A DNA stretch of 64,000 nt from Antedon mediterranea (lineage: Eukaryota; Animalia; Echinodermata): contig NC_092673.1 of NCBI RefSeq assembly GCF_964355755.1, positions 5,270,001 to 5,334,000 on the forward strand. Reading direction: 5' to 3'. Below are positions 13,532-28,256 of the stretch, one piece after another. Made by a program: the position numbers and the translations under genes. Under the pieces are notes generated by a model that was not told the DNA's origin, did not search any database, and saw nothing but the letters and a program-made list of their open reading frames with translations. Numbering within the stretch: position 1 is the first letter of the stretch; each line of letters opens with the position of its first letter.

Positions 13532-15073
13532 CTAAAAAGAGAGAAAAGAAGAGAAATGACATTACTCTACTTCATCAATATTATTAGTAATCACAATACA
13601 GTAAAAAATCAGTCAGTATTACATAGAACCAAATTACAGCGTTATACGTATGGCATTAATTTGTTTAGACTGTCTGTCATGAAGATTATGATCTAATCAC
13701 AGTAAAGTTATAACAATTCCAAAAAAAGAATAATTACATTTTTCCTTAAAAGATTGAGAATTCGAATCTGCATTTTGAAGCATTTCAATTTATGCGGCTT
13801 TGACAGAAGAATGCGCAAATCTCCTTTGAAATTTACTTTTCGTATGTGCTGTTGAATTTAATAAGTGAGATGCATTTTAACATGAAGGCATATCAGTCAG
13901 TTACTTGCAGACATTCTGGAATCCATAGCCAGACAGCATATCAACTGTTATCGATAACTATGAGGTGCCAAGTGTGACTTATTTATCAACATCATTCATT
14001 ATTAGGTCATTATTAAAGTATATTAAAATTGATATGTTAATTGTTATTATTAACATAATTGAAAAGTAAACAGCACTTATTATAAATATATCGCTTAAAT
14101 CATAATGACATTTATATAATTCATACTCGGCACCTCATAAATAATAGGCAGGCTATCATTATTTATACTAAATGGCCTTCTCGGAAGAAGACATCCATAG
14201 TAATATCATCTGATATTACAAGTAAGAAAATTAACGATATAACATGACCGAATCACAGCTGTGTGTCTTTAAGACGACACCGCGCTAGAACCTAAGTCGA
14301 TCCGTATTCTATTTTTGTCTAGTGTATCTTAATATGCTAATAAATTCCATTATGAAGAAAGTGCTTGATGGAACGAGAGATCATTAATTTTTTAAATGTC
14401 ATGTAGATCTGTAGTAAAAACACTGCCTTATTTACTGTAATATATACTAACATATGCTGTACACGTCAATGTATTTTTAATAATGTTGATATTTACCAAA
14501 TATAACATTTTCAAATTCTATTAAAATAATTAACAGCAAGTCAATCAATCAAGTACAATACCAAATGTGTACACATTTATTGCAACTGTGAAACCTCTCT
14601 TTTTAAGTTGAGAATTTTGGGAACCCAAAAAAATTGTCACCTCAATAATTAATAGGGATGTTCTCTGAATGGGGTTGGGCATTGAAATTAAACATAGTAA
14701 TTAAACATACAGTTCTCCTTATTCTTTTCACAGGAAAATGTCAACTTATATAGAAATTTCTACTAAATAAAGGAGGGGTTAAATTGATTTGTAATTGCAC
14801 AATTTGGTAAAACTAAAACACAATACATAAATCTCGTTATGCTAATGAGTACGGCTTTCATTAACAATGCAGTCGAGTATTGTTGTTTGCACTGCGTGAT
14901 TGAGTCTAGGAGGTGGGTACACAATGAAACTAATACCAACTAATATATATTTTGATTATTCAGTTTGGAATAAACTAAGTGATGATGTGTCCTTGTATTG
15001 CAGATTGCTTAAGGCAACATATTTTGTTATTTACTTCAGTATTCAAATATTTGAAAGCAGAACTTGAAAGAGC

Positions 15074-15318
15074 ATGTGACTCCTGTCTGCCTCAAGTTCA
15101 ATTATTATGAGCGACCGTTAATAATATTCATTTTTTTTTAATGGAATTTTGTTATGTTTGACAAAACTAAAGAAAGCCCTGTCTACAATATCAAACTAAT
15201 GTGACTCCTGTCTGCCTCAAGTTCAATTATTATGAGCTACCGTTAATAATATTCATTTTTTAAAATGGAATTTTGTTATGTTTGACAAAACTAAAGCCCT
15301 GTCTACAATATCAAACTA
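15074..15318. repeat. Tandem duplication (~125 bp x2) including the left TIR of a family A MITE
   Basis: atgtgactcctgtctgcctcaag ... agccctgtctacaatatcaaacta occurs twice. Confidence 0.9.
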
Positions 15319-15458
15319 GTTTGACCCAAATAGGGTAGTGATATGCGCAAATATGGTGGTGATATGTGCAAATATGGTAGTGATATGACATCATTATGTC
15401 CATATATGGGCACACCACATGTTTTTGTCGCATAAAGTTTGATAGTATAAACAGAGCT
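15295..15458 (+). mobile_element. MITE family A copy
   Basis: taa|agccctgtctacaatatcaaact ... agtttgatagtataaacagagct|taa. Confidence 0.85.
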
Positions 15459-16237
15459 TAAGAATTTTACTATAGTATAGGTATGGTAGCTTTAAAATTA
15501 GTTTGTAAGATTCATTTTTTAAATAAACTAAAATTTGTATAAGGGCCAGAGGATGAACGATTAAGATGCACAATGCATTTACTAAGCATAAATATATATA
15601 AATCTATGTAGGTGTAGTCTGCTGACAACTTCGCCCACCATTCCAAAGGTGAAGCATCTCAAATAAAATAAAATAAATAAATATTAGAATCTGATCATTT
15701 TGTAACCTTTTCAAATTAAAATAGCTATTTCTGGTACATACACACATTTTATGCTATGCTATCTAAAATTCTGTATAACTGTAATACAAGTACTTAACAT
15801 TTTGCTGAGTCGGCAAAACCAGAAAAAGCTCTCAATAAAGGAAGTACAGTAGGCCAACATTTGATTACCAAACAGAAAAAACAAACTTTGTCAACGATGT
15901 GAAAGACGAAATACCAATGCGGTTTCTACTTAATTGGTTGTTGATTCAACTGCGTGCTGGGTGTGAGTGAGTGAGCAAGGTTTCATATGTTTCATTTTTG
16001 TTTTGCATAAGCTAAAAGTTTATGATCTTTTAATAATTATTTGCTTTTGTGGTTTAGTTTACTGATCAATTAGGTCACCACTTATTATTATTAACTGTAT
16101 TATGTAAAATTGCTGTTTTACAAACATTTATGTAGTGGTTAAAGTACCTACACTATGTTGTCTACCATTTGACTACTGTACCTCTTTAAAACTATCAAGA
16201 CTAAAAATTACAGGGGAGAAAAGAATGAATTACATAA

Positions 16238-16610
16238 ATCGAACATTTAGGACCCACGAAAATAAAGGGTTTACAGTACAGTGAAATTATTACACACACC
16301 TTTCATAATGGAAGACTACAAAATGAGAGATGAAAGTAAAATACTGGACTACAGTAGAATTAATTTTATTAAAATATAAAGACAACAAAATTTACACAAA
16401 GCGAACATTTAGTAACCACAACAATTAAGGGTTTACTACAAAATATTAACAGGGAGATAAAAGTAAAATACTGGACTAGAATTAATTAAAATAAAAGACA
16501 GCAAAATTACAAAAAGCGAACATTTAGTACCCACAAAAATGGGTTTACTACAAAATATTAACAGGGAGATAAAAGTAAAATACTGGATTAAAAATAAAGG
16601 GTTTTACAGT
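16238..16610. repeat. Imperfect tandem repeat (~115-160 bp, 3 copies)
   Basis: cgaacatttag.acccac...agggtttac...gagat.aaagtaaaatactgga recurs three times. Confidence 0.8.
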
Positions 16611-17665
16611 AGACATGATTACACAATAGATTAGAGCGCCACTCTAGCCAAATCTATTACAAAACCATGCAGTCTGCAGGGTTGCAAAGGTCAGATTATT
16701 ACCATGTTACAGATTCCTAATGGTTCTATGTACACAAAACAAGCATAAAGTGCAATGAAAACAGGATGTCTACAATAGAATTGAAAGAGTGGGCGATGAA
16801 TAATAAATTGTGCAAAGAGTTTATGAAAAGTAAACACAACCAGGCAGGTAATATAATCTCTATATTAAGGATGTAAACATATTATATGAATTCATTATGC
16901 TAGTACCATTACTTAATGAAAATCTATATTTAGACTTATCATAATGCAAGTTTTAGTAAACAATTCTTTCCGTCCAACAAAGTTAGATCAATTTTATCTT
17001 GAACGCCATTTAAACTTTAAAATGAATAAAAAAATCTCCTTTAAATTGATTAACGTAGATACAAAAACAATACTGTATGACTATGGTGGGTACTTTAAAA
17101 TTACAAATAGTGGGGACCAATGCAATAAATTGTGATTCACTATAAACTCATGTTAATAGAAAAGTAGTCATTTTAATTTAATTAAATGAATAACTTATTT
17201 TAAGAATAACATAGGAATAATCATGAGTCATTTAACCCAAGACAATATCTTCGAACAAAAATGTTTTTTAATTGGAGGGAAGCCCATAGAGCATATTAAG
17301 TTATTTATTCTATTTATAAAAAGAAATAATGTTTGTTGTTCCAAGATGGTACTATATTTCTCTAAGGACGGTACTATATTTTCTCTAGTTAGATGCCATG
17401 AAACTGGTATCTAACTAGAGAAAATACAACAGGAAATTGTAAAGTTATTGTACAAAAGAAAACTATTTATAACTCTTGGTAACCCACTAAACATTACCAG
17501 AATGTCTTCTTCCTGTCCTACTCAATTCTAGGTATCCATTGTCATTCACTGATGATTCAGTCTAATAAGTACTTTATATTATTTCCTTTGAGGACACACT
17601 ACTACTGTGTGTACTGGGAAATGTATGTTTTACTAGGGCCAAATACTATTCAAGGTAAAGTCTAA

Positions 17666-17829
17666 AGCTCTGTCCACACTATTATCAAACTTAATTAATG
17701 TGACCAAAAAAAAAATGTGATGTGCCCATATATGGACATGATGTCATATCACTACCGTATTTGGGCATAATACTACCATATTTGGGCACACTTTTTTTGT
17801 CAAACTAGTTTGATAGTGTAGACAGAGTT
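17666..17829 (-). mobile_element. MITE family A copy
   Basis: taa|agctctgtccacactat ... agtttgatagtgtagacagagtt. Confidence 0.85.
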
Positions 17830-17986
17830 TTATAAGGGGAAACTTTCCTATTGAACAAACAAAGATATATATATATTACAGCCAATGATTATTCAGCAAT
17901 ATTGCTAAAAAGAGTACACTTTGTTAGGTCCTAATAGGAGTCCCCTATTGTAGTAACTAGCGCATCTTTCAATCAATTCTGTTACA

Positions 17987-18002
17987 AGGTCACAATAGGT
18001 CA
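17987..18002 (+). promoter_or_regulatory. Perfect DR4 nuclear-receptor element (AGGTCA caat AGGTCA)
   Basis: Exact consensus for TR/RXR- or LXR/RXR-type sites, outside any repeat I recognised. Function untested. Confidence 0.45.
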
Positions 18003-21000
18003 CTCATAATATATCATTACCCCTATGGCTTACTTCACCTGAGAGGTGTCTTTTATCAACAAGTTTCACTTTTATCTTCCTTGCATACCATGCCCTGATT
18101 GGCAGATCAAAGTACAAGCAGGGTGGCAGGCAGCCACGCTGTAAAATTACTCATTCTTAGATTTCAGAATATTATAATACACTGTACGTGTTGATGTGTT
18201 ATACAATATAATACAGACTGACATGATAACTATGAATCATGAATAAACTGGCAAATGGACTGTTTTTATTATCAAAATGTATTTTTAGAGTCGATTATAA
18301 AGTCCATCAAATAATGTAATTAAATTTAAGAGTGTATGCATGTGATTGCTGGAAGGAACAGATTTCTGTAGATAATAAAAATGTTACACGTTGTGACATA
18401 AAACCATGTGATTAAAACTGGTTGTTACCACATAGTAATAGGGTTAAACCAAATAGTTAATAGATTTAAACCACAAGCTTGGTAAACAGGAAGGCTAACC
18501 AGGTTAAAAACAAAGAAGATGGTACTGTTAAGCAGAAAGATATGAGATAATCAAATAAGGACATACCACAATGATACAAAACTGTGTTATATGGTATTTA
18601 GTCTGTATCCATGTTTAAACCGTGGGGTGGGTTGACTCCAGATTTATCCATAGGAAAATGGATCAGTGAGTGATTAGACCAAAATCATTCCATATAGCTA
18701 GAAATTAAGCAGGGTGGTCTTAAGACAAGAGCAATGGTAAACTTAGACCAGACTAGGCTTAAAACAGATAGGTGGTTGGGTTAAATCAGAAAGGTCACAT
18801 TAAAGCTTGGTGTCTACATTATAAGCTAAGTATTATTATATATTATATACCATAAACTAAGTGTTATTTAGACCAGAAACAAAATGGTATAAATTACGGA
18901 ATATCTGGTTTGTTTTTATATTACACACTCAATGACATGTATTTAGAAACCTCATTTACACACTTTGATTGCATAGCTTGGAGTCACGAATCTGTAATCA
19001 GTATAAATAACTAATAAGTATTTTAAATATTAATAAAAACGCTGATTACACAATTTACTTAACAGATAAAACAGCCATGATGCGTAAATTAATTGAAATC
19101 GCAAAAACAGCCATCATCTTTTATTGAAACAAAATTATTTATAGATCTATTAAACGAAAATTAATTGTTTTCAGGGAAAAACATAATACTTCCATCCCTA
19201 GTTAACGTTTACGAAAATCTAAGAAGAGAAAGACTAATAAATTTAAAGGAAATTAATGTTTAGTCATAAAAACATGACCTTCTCTACATTTCCTTTTATC
19301 ACTTTACTATATAGTGTTGACATAATTTAAATAACTGATAATTCATTAATACTAATTGATTATATTGACAATTTATACAAGTGTTGTAATATTATAACAA
19401 ACAAGTATAGTTTGACCTTTACAATGACCCTACTGAATTCCTTTTAAAGGCTTGTGTTACAAATCCAAAAGTAATGAAATATGTGACCTTGAAATCAGAA
19501 GGTTAGCATTAACACTCCACCATATTGTTTGAAATCGAAAAATAAAATGGCTTTGAAATTTATAGTCTTAACCTTAGCTGCAATCAAGTGTTAACCACAT
19601 GAAAACACTGCACATCAATTCATGTAGAAGTAATGGCATTAACCATTGAATAAACACCAAAAAAAACCTATAATCAATACGAGAATTCTTTGAAAAGTAT
19701 GCACTCATAAATCTAAATTTAAAAATTTAAACATTACATTCTGATAACTTGAAATGTGTTAGAACCAGAAAAGAAATTGAATGCGTTCTCCGGCAATTAT
19801 TTAATTCCAATGAGACTGAGCGAGGTCAATTGTAGGTTCAATGCAAACTAATTAATTTGAAAAATTAATTCTATGAAATATATTCTTTTGATAACATTAG
19901 AAAGGTCAATAAACTCTTGCGTTACAACATTCAGATTGGGCCGGGGGAATGCACCCAAAAAGATTTGATTGTCTCTCTTGTTAAACATTGTTGGGAGTAG
20001 CAATTTATTAAATTCAAGATCTCCTCAGAAGGTCAGATCCCACCATATGGTAAATTGGCTAACCTAGTAGCTACCTCCCCTTTCTTTGCACAATTAATAA
20101 AATCTCAAGTCAAATGTAGAAACTGCTGCTTAACAATCAACAAACAGCCCTTACCTTATTCCATTGTTAGATATAATATCATCGAACAACTGTTAAAAAT
20201 TCCAAAGTTCGTAGGCAAATGGCTGCCAAGTTTACAGTAGTTAAGATTTCTGTAGACTTGTAGTGTGGAGCCACTGGCAGCATGAATGTTCTTTGTTTCC
20301 CGCTACTTCCTCTTAGCCCGTCTAAACCGCATGACTCAAATAGGGTATAGCAACAGAACGTGAGCTCACTGCCCTTTGCTCTAACACTCCCACTAATGCA
20401 CCTGCACACGCCATCACCAGTTAGGGATCACCTACAAATACTCTACAATTACCAAAGTCAATTGTTTGCCATATGTCTGCACTGACTGAAGAGGAAACTG
20501 TACGCTTTCGATGAGCTCTTCAAATTTTCATTAGAAAAGCGAGAAACGTGAGCAAGGAGTCTGCGATATGATATGCTTGACATTAATACAGCTTGTATTA
20601 TTAAGAAAGAATGTTCTATGGTGTAGCGTCGATACTATGACCTATTTTATTATGCATGCTTGACTGAACTGACGCTGATGAAATTTTATTTCTTAATAAC
20701 TATACGACTTGAATAGAAGATTATCTCCAACGCCAAAATAGAATATTTTCATTGGCTGAATTAGGCTAATGAGAAAAAATTGTAAGACAATATACTCAAC
20801 CTTCAGAACACGGCATTTAATGTAAAGTTGATGGGACAATTTCAAATTATTAAATCTTAAACAATCTATACAGCTATCCTTACATCAAGTTACTCTCTTA
20901 TGACATGGATATGTTTGTGACGATTATCATTTTAAACAGTTTCTACAAAAAAAAATGTCAGCAATCACGTATAAATTGCAAGTTGAAAATTTGACCTGCT

Positions 21001-24000
21001 TTTGGTAATGCCAAAATAAATGTATGTAATTAACAGTTTACTACAAACTAAAGCCGTTATCAATACTATTATGGAGTTATTAAGCTCCAAGTATGATTGC
21101 TAAAGAGATTATTGAACTATATATTTTATTTCAAAACATGCTTTTCGTCATCAGTCTTACACTTACACAGTATTAAAAAATTGTCAATATTTGCATTATT
21201 TTGTAATAAATTATAAATAATTAAGTTGTACTGCAATGTATTATTTCTTTAGTAATATATTTTCCTTAGTCTAATTTTTCATTTCATCTTTAAAGGGATC
21301 TGTTTTTAAAAATCATATTTAATTTTTGAATTTAAAAAAAAATTATTATTATAATATTACTTTTAGAATTTTTTTTATGATATTGTTGAAATTAAGAATG
21401 TTAATGTGTTGTTATTATACTAGTACCTGTGAACTTCAAAACACTTTCTCAAGAAACAGAGTTATCCTTAAATAACACTGATACCATACTTTTTCAAGTT
21501 AGTCATCCATGACAGCCATCTAGAATGCAATTTCTATTAAATAATATTGAACCAATAAAAGCCGTTTAAATGTTATTCCAAAAAGCGTTAACTGCGAGTG
21601 TCTATCATTCTCAATGCTTGTTATTAGACCTTGCTAAGCCAGCATATCCAATAGCAACCGCCGCTGGCGGTAATTAGGGTCTAAGGGCGAACCTGCTTGG
21701 CAGTGGTAACAGTTCTCTACGACAGTGGATACTTTAGTGCACTAGGAATTTTCGACATAACACCTAGTCATGTAAAGCCCCTGAGGAGTAGGTCGTTGGT
21801 AAACAGGAAAAGGCAGGGATAGCTTACTTAAAACAACAAAGACATTTTTTATCGCGTATCACATCGTGATTAACATTTAAACTATTACTCCGTCTGTGTG
21901 ATAAACACATTTAAACTCTAAGATTATGAATTTTATTTTCTTTTAAGAAAGTGATTATTAAGCATTGCTGGCTAAGTAGTAGACCATAAAAAAAAACATA
22001 CTTAATTATTAAGACAGACCGTATATTATCAACTTTAAGATGGCTATACTAAGAAAAGCATCCACGACTTATTAGGAACGCTGCTTTAGGGTTAGCATAA
22101 TGCTAGCAATTATCTCTTATTAAAAACTAGATTGATGAAAGGAAATAGGCTACAGTAGTATAAGCCAAGAAATGCTGTAATAGCATTTATTTTCAACTCT
22201 GAAGGGTGATAAGTTCTTACTCTGTGCTTAGGGTGATAAGTTCACGACAATGCAATGCAAACAATCTTCATGCCATTCTAAAGTCGTTGTCGTTCGTTCG
22301 TCTCTCCGGATGTAGTAATGCTACAAAGTTATCAACAAAACCGGCAATATACATTCCATAAGCAAGAAAAAAATTGTTAAGTGAAATGAAATTGTTGTAA
22401 CGTAAATAATAGGTTGAAATGTATAACTAATTCTTGTCATTGAATGCATACTTAGTATTCCCTAAAATTATATAATATTTCTACTACATAATGCGAAGAA
22501 TTATTCATGCATAAAGTATTGTATTGTATAGTATAAATGTTTTAAATTTGTACATGGTAAGAATTATTCAGTAGGTTTTTGTATCAAAGAAAGATTGATA
22601 AATTAAACGGAGTAACTACTGTTAAAAATACTGTTAAAATAACACTACACGATTATTAGTGAAATATAAATCAGAAACAATGATTTTAGTTTAAAATATA
22701 CTTTAAAATAAGGTAGATACTGGGTCTTATAATATCATATAATACTACGTTGTATTCTTTTGTTGATAAATTTAATTTTTTCATAATAATAACATTACCA
22801 AATAATCCTATTCTTATCATCTCCTATGTTAATAATACATTAGCAAACAAAGAATGGGTATACTAATTTGCATTGTACTATCCTAAAAAATTAATTTTAA
22901 ATCTAAAAAAAAAAATGTTCACAACAAGCGTAATACAACAATCCAGATTAAACTTGTGAGTAGGGTCGCAATAACAGGTCATCTATGAAGTGAAATTATT
23001 ATGCATTAAAAAGTATACTGTGTATGCATTGTACTAAGATTCGTTTACAAATCTGGAACAGTGTTAAGTTCACAATGAACAGGTCGACTAATTTAGGGCA
23101 CATATCATTCATTATGTCTAATGTAGAAAAACCATAACATTAATGCTCTTTATGTGAATGTACTATCTTTGTAAATTAAAAGAAAACATGGTCAACGCAC
23201 ACAGGTCATAAATTATAGGCCAGTTAATATTAGAACGATAATGTACTTCCATATTAAAAATGTATATGAATATGTTGTTATCAACATTAATGTGTTAATA
23301 TTATATTAAATACAGTCTTTTAAACCCTTGCACTGGTCCAATATGTATACAGTATACAGCAGTTTACCAAATATGGTTTTGTTCACAAAAGTGGACAATA
23401 CTGTATTACAAGTACAATGGAGCTGTAGTATAAACATACAAAGTTCATCTTTCCTTTCAAATCTCTTAAATTTTAAGAGTTAGTAGTGAATAGATCAACT
23501 TTATTGGACATTTTGATGTTTATGTATTTAGCACTTTAGAAAGAATGATGAAATATTTATATAACAGTATATTTCTACTGGGTGATGCAAAAACAGTTTT
23601 ATTTTCAGTACAAAAAAATAATTATATTTCTGATCTAAAATAAAGTAAACATAATTACGAAGTTGAACTATTTATAATTGGTAAAAAAATTAAGTGTAAA
23701 TATGATAATTATGTCGTCATATGTAAATGATGTACTTTCCTTGTAACAAATATTTAAAGAGGTCACATGACCGAATGAGTAGTCAGACGCACAGTGTGTT
23801 AACTGTTTATTCTTCCAATTTCTAAATGCTCACAGTTTACCCAGCCAACAGAGTGAGGTGGAATAGGTTGACAAGTTAAAACAGTCATGGCTGATGTAAG
23901 TAACTAGATACCACTAGCTATTTAACAATCTCCAACATGCCTCGATCCATCGAAATGTCCAATACGACGACGCACACTGCTCATTAATTAATACTGTATA

Positions 24001-25051
24001 TTATTGCCATTCTAACAATACGCATAGCCACTTGCAAGATGACACAGTAGACTAATTAAACACAGAGATATATTTAGGTGCGTTTGCAATGGATAGGTTT
24101 TGAAAACAGCGAAAGTAACATCCACTTAGTAGACGTCAATCACGTGTGTTATGTATCCTGCTGTGAACGTCCACACATGAATGAAAGTCAATACTACGCA
24201 TCGATTAGCCTCTAAATAAATGGCCATCTAACAGACAAGCTGTTTCTAAATATGGACACAATGCTTATACAAAGATAGCACTGTACTGTCGCTTTTTATC
24301 TCATAATTGTGACATTGAAAATTCAATATAAATACCAAAAAAAATAAATAAATAAATACAAAATGTTGAAGTACAGTAGATGTAAATCTTTACTATTAGG
24401 ATTATATGGGGGATAGGGGTGGAGAATTTATATCAATTAGCCCTCACATATTTATAAGTTGAGATGACGTGGATATGTTTCCCATACAGCACCAAGGTCT
24501 TATTTTTTCCTATCAATTATCTTTTTAAATGAATCTATCTATCAACAAATTATAACAATTTTGTTTTTAACAATTTGTCAAAGGAATTTATCTGTACCGA
24601 ATTATATAAATAATACATGTGGCAGAAAAACTAATTAGGTGAAACAAAATAATATTGATTTCTTTTCTTAAGCCTAGATTGTAATTTCTCCAACATGCCT
24701 CAACATTAAATGCTAATGTATCCCCAGTCACTATAAACCAAACATAAAATAACACTGTTCCTCAGTCTATGTGTGCAAAATAATGAGAAAATGTTGAAAA
24801 AATGTATGTATTGGTGCTCGTAAATAAGTGATAATTATTTTAAAATTGCAATTTCCTACATTAATAATTTACAATATTCTCTGAAACCCAAGCTAAAACA
24901 ACATTAACTTTGACAGAAATTAATACTATATTAATCACTTTTTTTTATATTATAATTTAGTTTTTTTGTGATAAATTTGAACTATACTATGGAGTTTTCA
25001 ATAATCCACAACCCTTGCAACATCTATGCTTTCAAACCTTTCTAGATCTAA

Positions 25052-25217
25052 AGCCGGTTGTCCACTAGACAAATTTATTCGCGCAAATCGAACGTTTACT
25101 AATACGCATGCACATTATTATTTTTAACTACTTTTTGTGATGTGGAAAAATGTGCAACCAATCATAACTACGGGATGTTTGATTCGCGTTAAAAAAATCG
25201 CTAATGGAAAAGATGCT
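25052..25217. mobile_element. Degenerate Harbinger-like MITE
   Basis: taa|agccggttgtccactagacaaatttattcgcg ... cgcgttaaaaaaatcgctaatggaaaagatgct|tta imperfect TIRs. Confidence 0.55.
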
Positions 25218-26419
25218 TTAGAGGAACTTTTCAACTTTGTATACTATTACTGTAAAGTCGGTGAATAGCAACGGTAAAAGCATATTTTGTAATACTTTAC
25301 CTCAAATCTCGAAAGGTGAAAAACATCATTGACCAGCTAATTTCACTTCCCATGTAATTCTCCACATGACTGCTTTATTTTCTTAAAAGGTCTTTAGGGG
25401 TCAAAGTGATTTATTAAACATTAAAGTCAGTTAAAAACCTTTAATTTAATATGAACAAGAAACCACAAGTTCGGGGTTTGAACCTCCATTTAAGAACTAT
25501 GTATAGTGACATAGGTAATTGAAGGAAGAGGCTAATAAAATGTTGCAGAATAAGGATGTCTGTAGCAAAGGTCTGTTCAACTAAAAATGAAAAAAATTGA
25601 TGAAAACAAGTTTTAGCAAATGAATTAATTCTACAAAAAGTTAAATGTACAAAAATTGGTAGATCAAGCCGCAAATACCTTTACCAAAAAGTACCTTTTT
25701 TTTTAAATGTTAACTAGCAAATATAGGTACCTTTGACATTTTAACATAAGGTCAATTTTGAGCCCTGCTCACATTTACCATTTCCATTTAAAAAATTTTA
25801 TTTCGCTATGAACCCACCATGAAGACAAATGAATATTAATTTCAGTATAGCATTACCAACCTGCCTGAACCAAACAGCAACAAGTAACCTTTAAGCTAGT
25901 AAATGACCTTTATTGGTAATGATGGCTGACTAACCTCAAAGAAAACCAACACCTTCAAGTGTGCGCCCTAAAGGTATATCCCCGGGGGTAAGCGGTACAA
26001 TGTTGCGATTGTTGATAACAATCAGGCTACCTATGCAACGTATCCTCGCAATTTCATAATCAAATTCAACTTATTATACCTCGCACAATGTTGGAAATAA
26101 TTTCCGATTTCCCGAGAAAGTCAAAACAAAAATCGATGCCTTGTACAGTGGGTGTTAAATTACTGTGCAGCATATGATTTGTAATAAATATGGTAATAAA
26201 TACATGCGTCAAAAACAAGTTGGTATTTAAATAATGAAACCCAATCATTTACAATGATGGCATCAATCTATAAAAATAACAACACGATCTAAACATCAGA
26301 ATATACACAGTTACTATATTACAGCAAGCAACAAACTAATATTCATACGTACTGACAGAAACAAATAAGGTGATACTTCATATCCCCAAATAAAACTAGT
26401 ATACATCACAATGTGATAC

Positions 26420-26905
26420 ATTATTGAGAGCCCATGTCCTATTAATATACAAATAATATTTCATGAGTTAAAAACTGCTCTTTTAAATGAGGCAGAGCCG
26501 AGTTCAAAATAGAGCAGTCAATTTTTCATCGAATGAAATATTCTCTTCATTCAACGAATACAAACTATGCATATTATTTGTTTTATAAAACATCTACTTT
26601 TATTCAATTTATCCATCGTAAATCATTGACGAATGCTAGGCCGGGAAGCTAGGCTATTAAAAAGGCAGTGCTCTAGCTTCAGATGCGGAGTAGAACAGTT
26701 TTAGATGGTGCACACAACAAGTTAATTTCGAACATGATCAGTCAACAATGTCGCATGGCAAAAATTCTCAAAATGTTTAGAATTAAAGAGAATGTTAATT
26801 ATCACCATTAGACATCACCATTCAGTTAAATAGGGCTAATTCCAAATGACACGTGATGCGTAATTAACCAATCAAATTGCAAGAACACAATCAAAGTGTG
26901 TTATA
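26420..26905 (-). mobile_element. Foldback repeat family C copy (hairpin with CTCGGCTCTGCCTC loop)
   Basis: Palindrome around gaggcagagccgag; shares tattatttgttttata.aacatcta and ccaatcaaat...gtgttata with 56698-57010 in the opposite orientation. Confidence 0.65.
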
Positions 26906-27984
26906 AAGTATCATAGCCCATGTACTAATTGTAGTAGTAGTAGTAGTAGTATCATTTCACTGTATGATGCAAGGCAAGGTTCACCTTGCATAAACCGATT
27001 TACAATGTAATTTATACACTCTAATTATATGTCCCATTGACCTAATACTATCAAAAATGATGACAGAATCTTAATAATGATTGATGCCTTAAGAACTAGA
27101 TTTAATAAACATAAATTTAATCAAGAATCATCAGGGACAAATAATGGAAATTTCTTGAGATAATACCTTGAATATTTATTAATTAGAGATGAGTATAATA
27201 CATGGCTAAGGGGACATAATGACAACTAGTACGGGTAGTAACGTACTGTTAAAAAAAAATGTTATTCAAATATTCCTCACTACTCTATTGTATTAGTATT
27301 ACACTTGGCGTACAACAGACAAAATACACACACATTAAATCGCCCATCCATCCTAAAAAACAGTAGCATATTTTTATATCTTTTCTAGTTATATTTATTT
27401 TATAATTTATTTATCATTTTAATGAAATAATTTTAATACTGAATTTAGATTATTTAATTATTTTGGATTATAAAAAGAGCTGACTGAAACTTTCTAAGCT
27501 TTTTGGGCTAACCTGGAAAAGTTTTAAATGATCTTTTTTCAATAATCTCATTTAAGATTAATGCTACTTTAGTTTTCTAAATAAATTAAAATAAAAAAAA
27601 CTCATTAAAATATTACAATAAACCATGCTTCAGGAAGTTTTTAGAGTTTATAAGCTCAAAGATTAAAGATTTATCATAAATTCATTAATAAAGATTTAAA
27701 TACTATCCTTTGCATAGTACAACCATGGTACAACAACCTGTAAATACAGGGAAAAATTTCATCTTATTCTTAAAATTTTGTTTAGCAAAATTGCTAATAA
27801 AACTGATTTTTGAGTCGAGAAACATAGTTTTCTATAGTATATTTTGCTACACAATTGTAGAAATGTGTAGCAAGAAGGTTGTTTTGTATAGCTTTTTGCT
27901 ATGCTACACTGGCGAAATTATTCCCTGAAATACACCTAGTTCAACATTAATGGCAACTAAAAATATGACCTTTGACTTGAGATA

Positions 27985-28256
27985 GTTTATGACAAAATTT
28001 GTAACAAAAAAATGTGATGTGCCCATATATGGACATAATGATGTCACAACACTACCATATTTGGGCATATCACTACCATATTTTGGACATGGCACTACCA
28101 TATTTGGGCACATCACTACCATATTTGAGCATATCACTACCATATTTGAGCATATCACTACCATATTTGAGCATATCACTACCATATTTGGGCATATCAC
28201 TACCATATTTTGGACATAGCACACATTTTTGTCAAACTAATTTGATAGTGTAGACA
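27985..28256 (-). mobile_element. MITE family A copy with expanded internal minisatellite (8 x ~21 bp)
   Basis: Eight catatcactaccatatttg(g/a)g units between family A bodies; left TIR missing. Confidence 0.85.

Noticed and set aside
13310-13696. 128-aa plus-strand ORF
   Set aside because: Antisense shadow of the real minus-strand exon 13322-13531.
21125-21160. Second hammerhead-like CTGATGA...GAAA on the minus strand
   Set aside because: Stem II does not close next to the core, and there is no stem III or cleavage triplet.
27904-28253. Heptad-repeat ORFs (NMVVICS / HITTIFE / SLPYLSI)
   Set aside because: They come from the 21-bp internal repeat of MITE family A.
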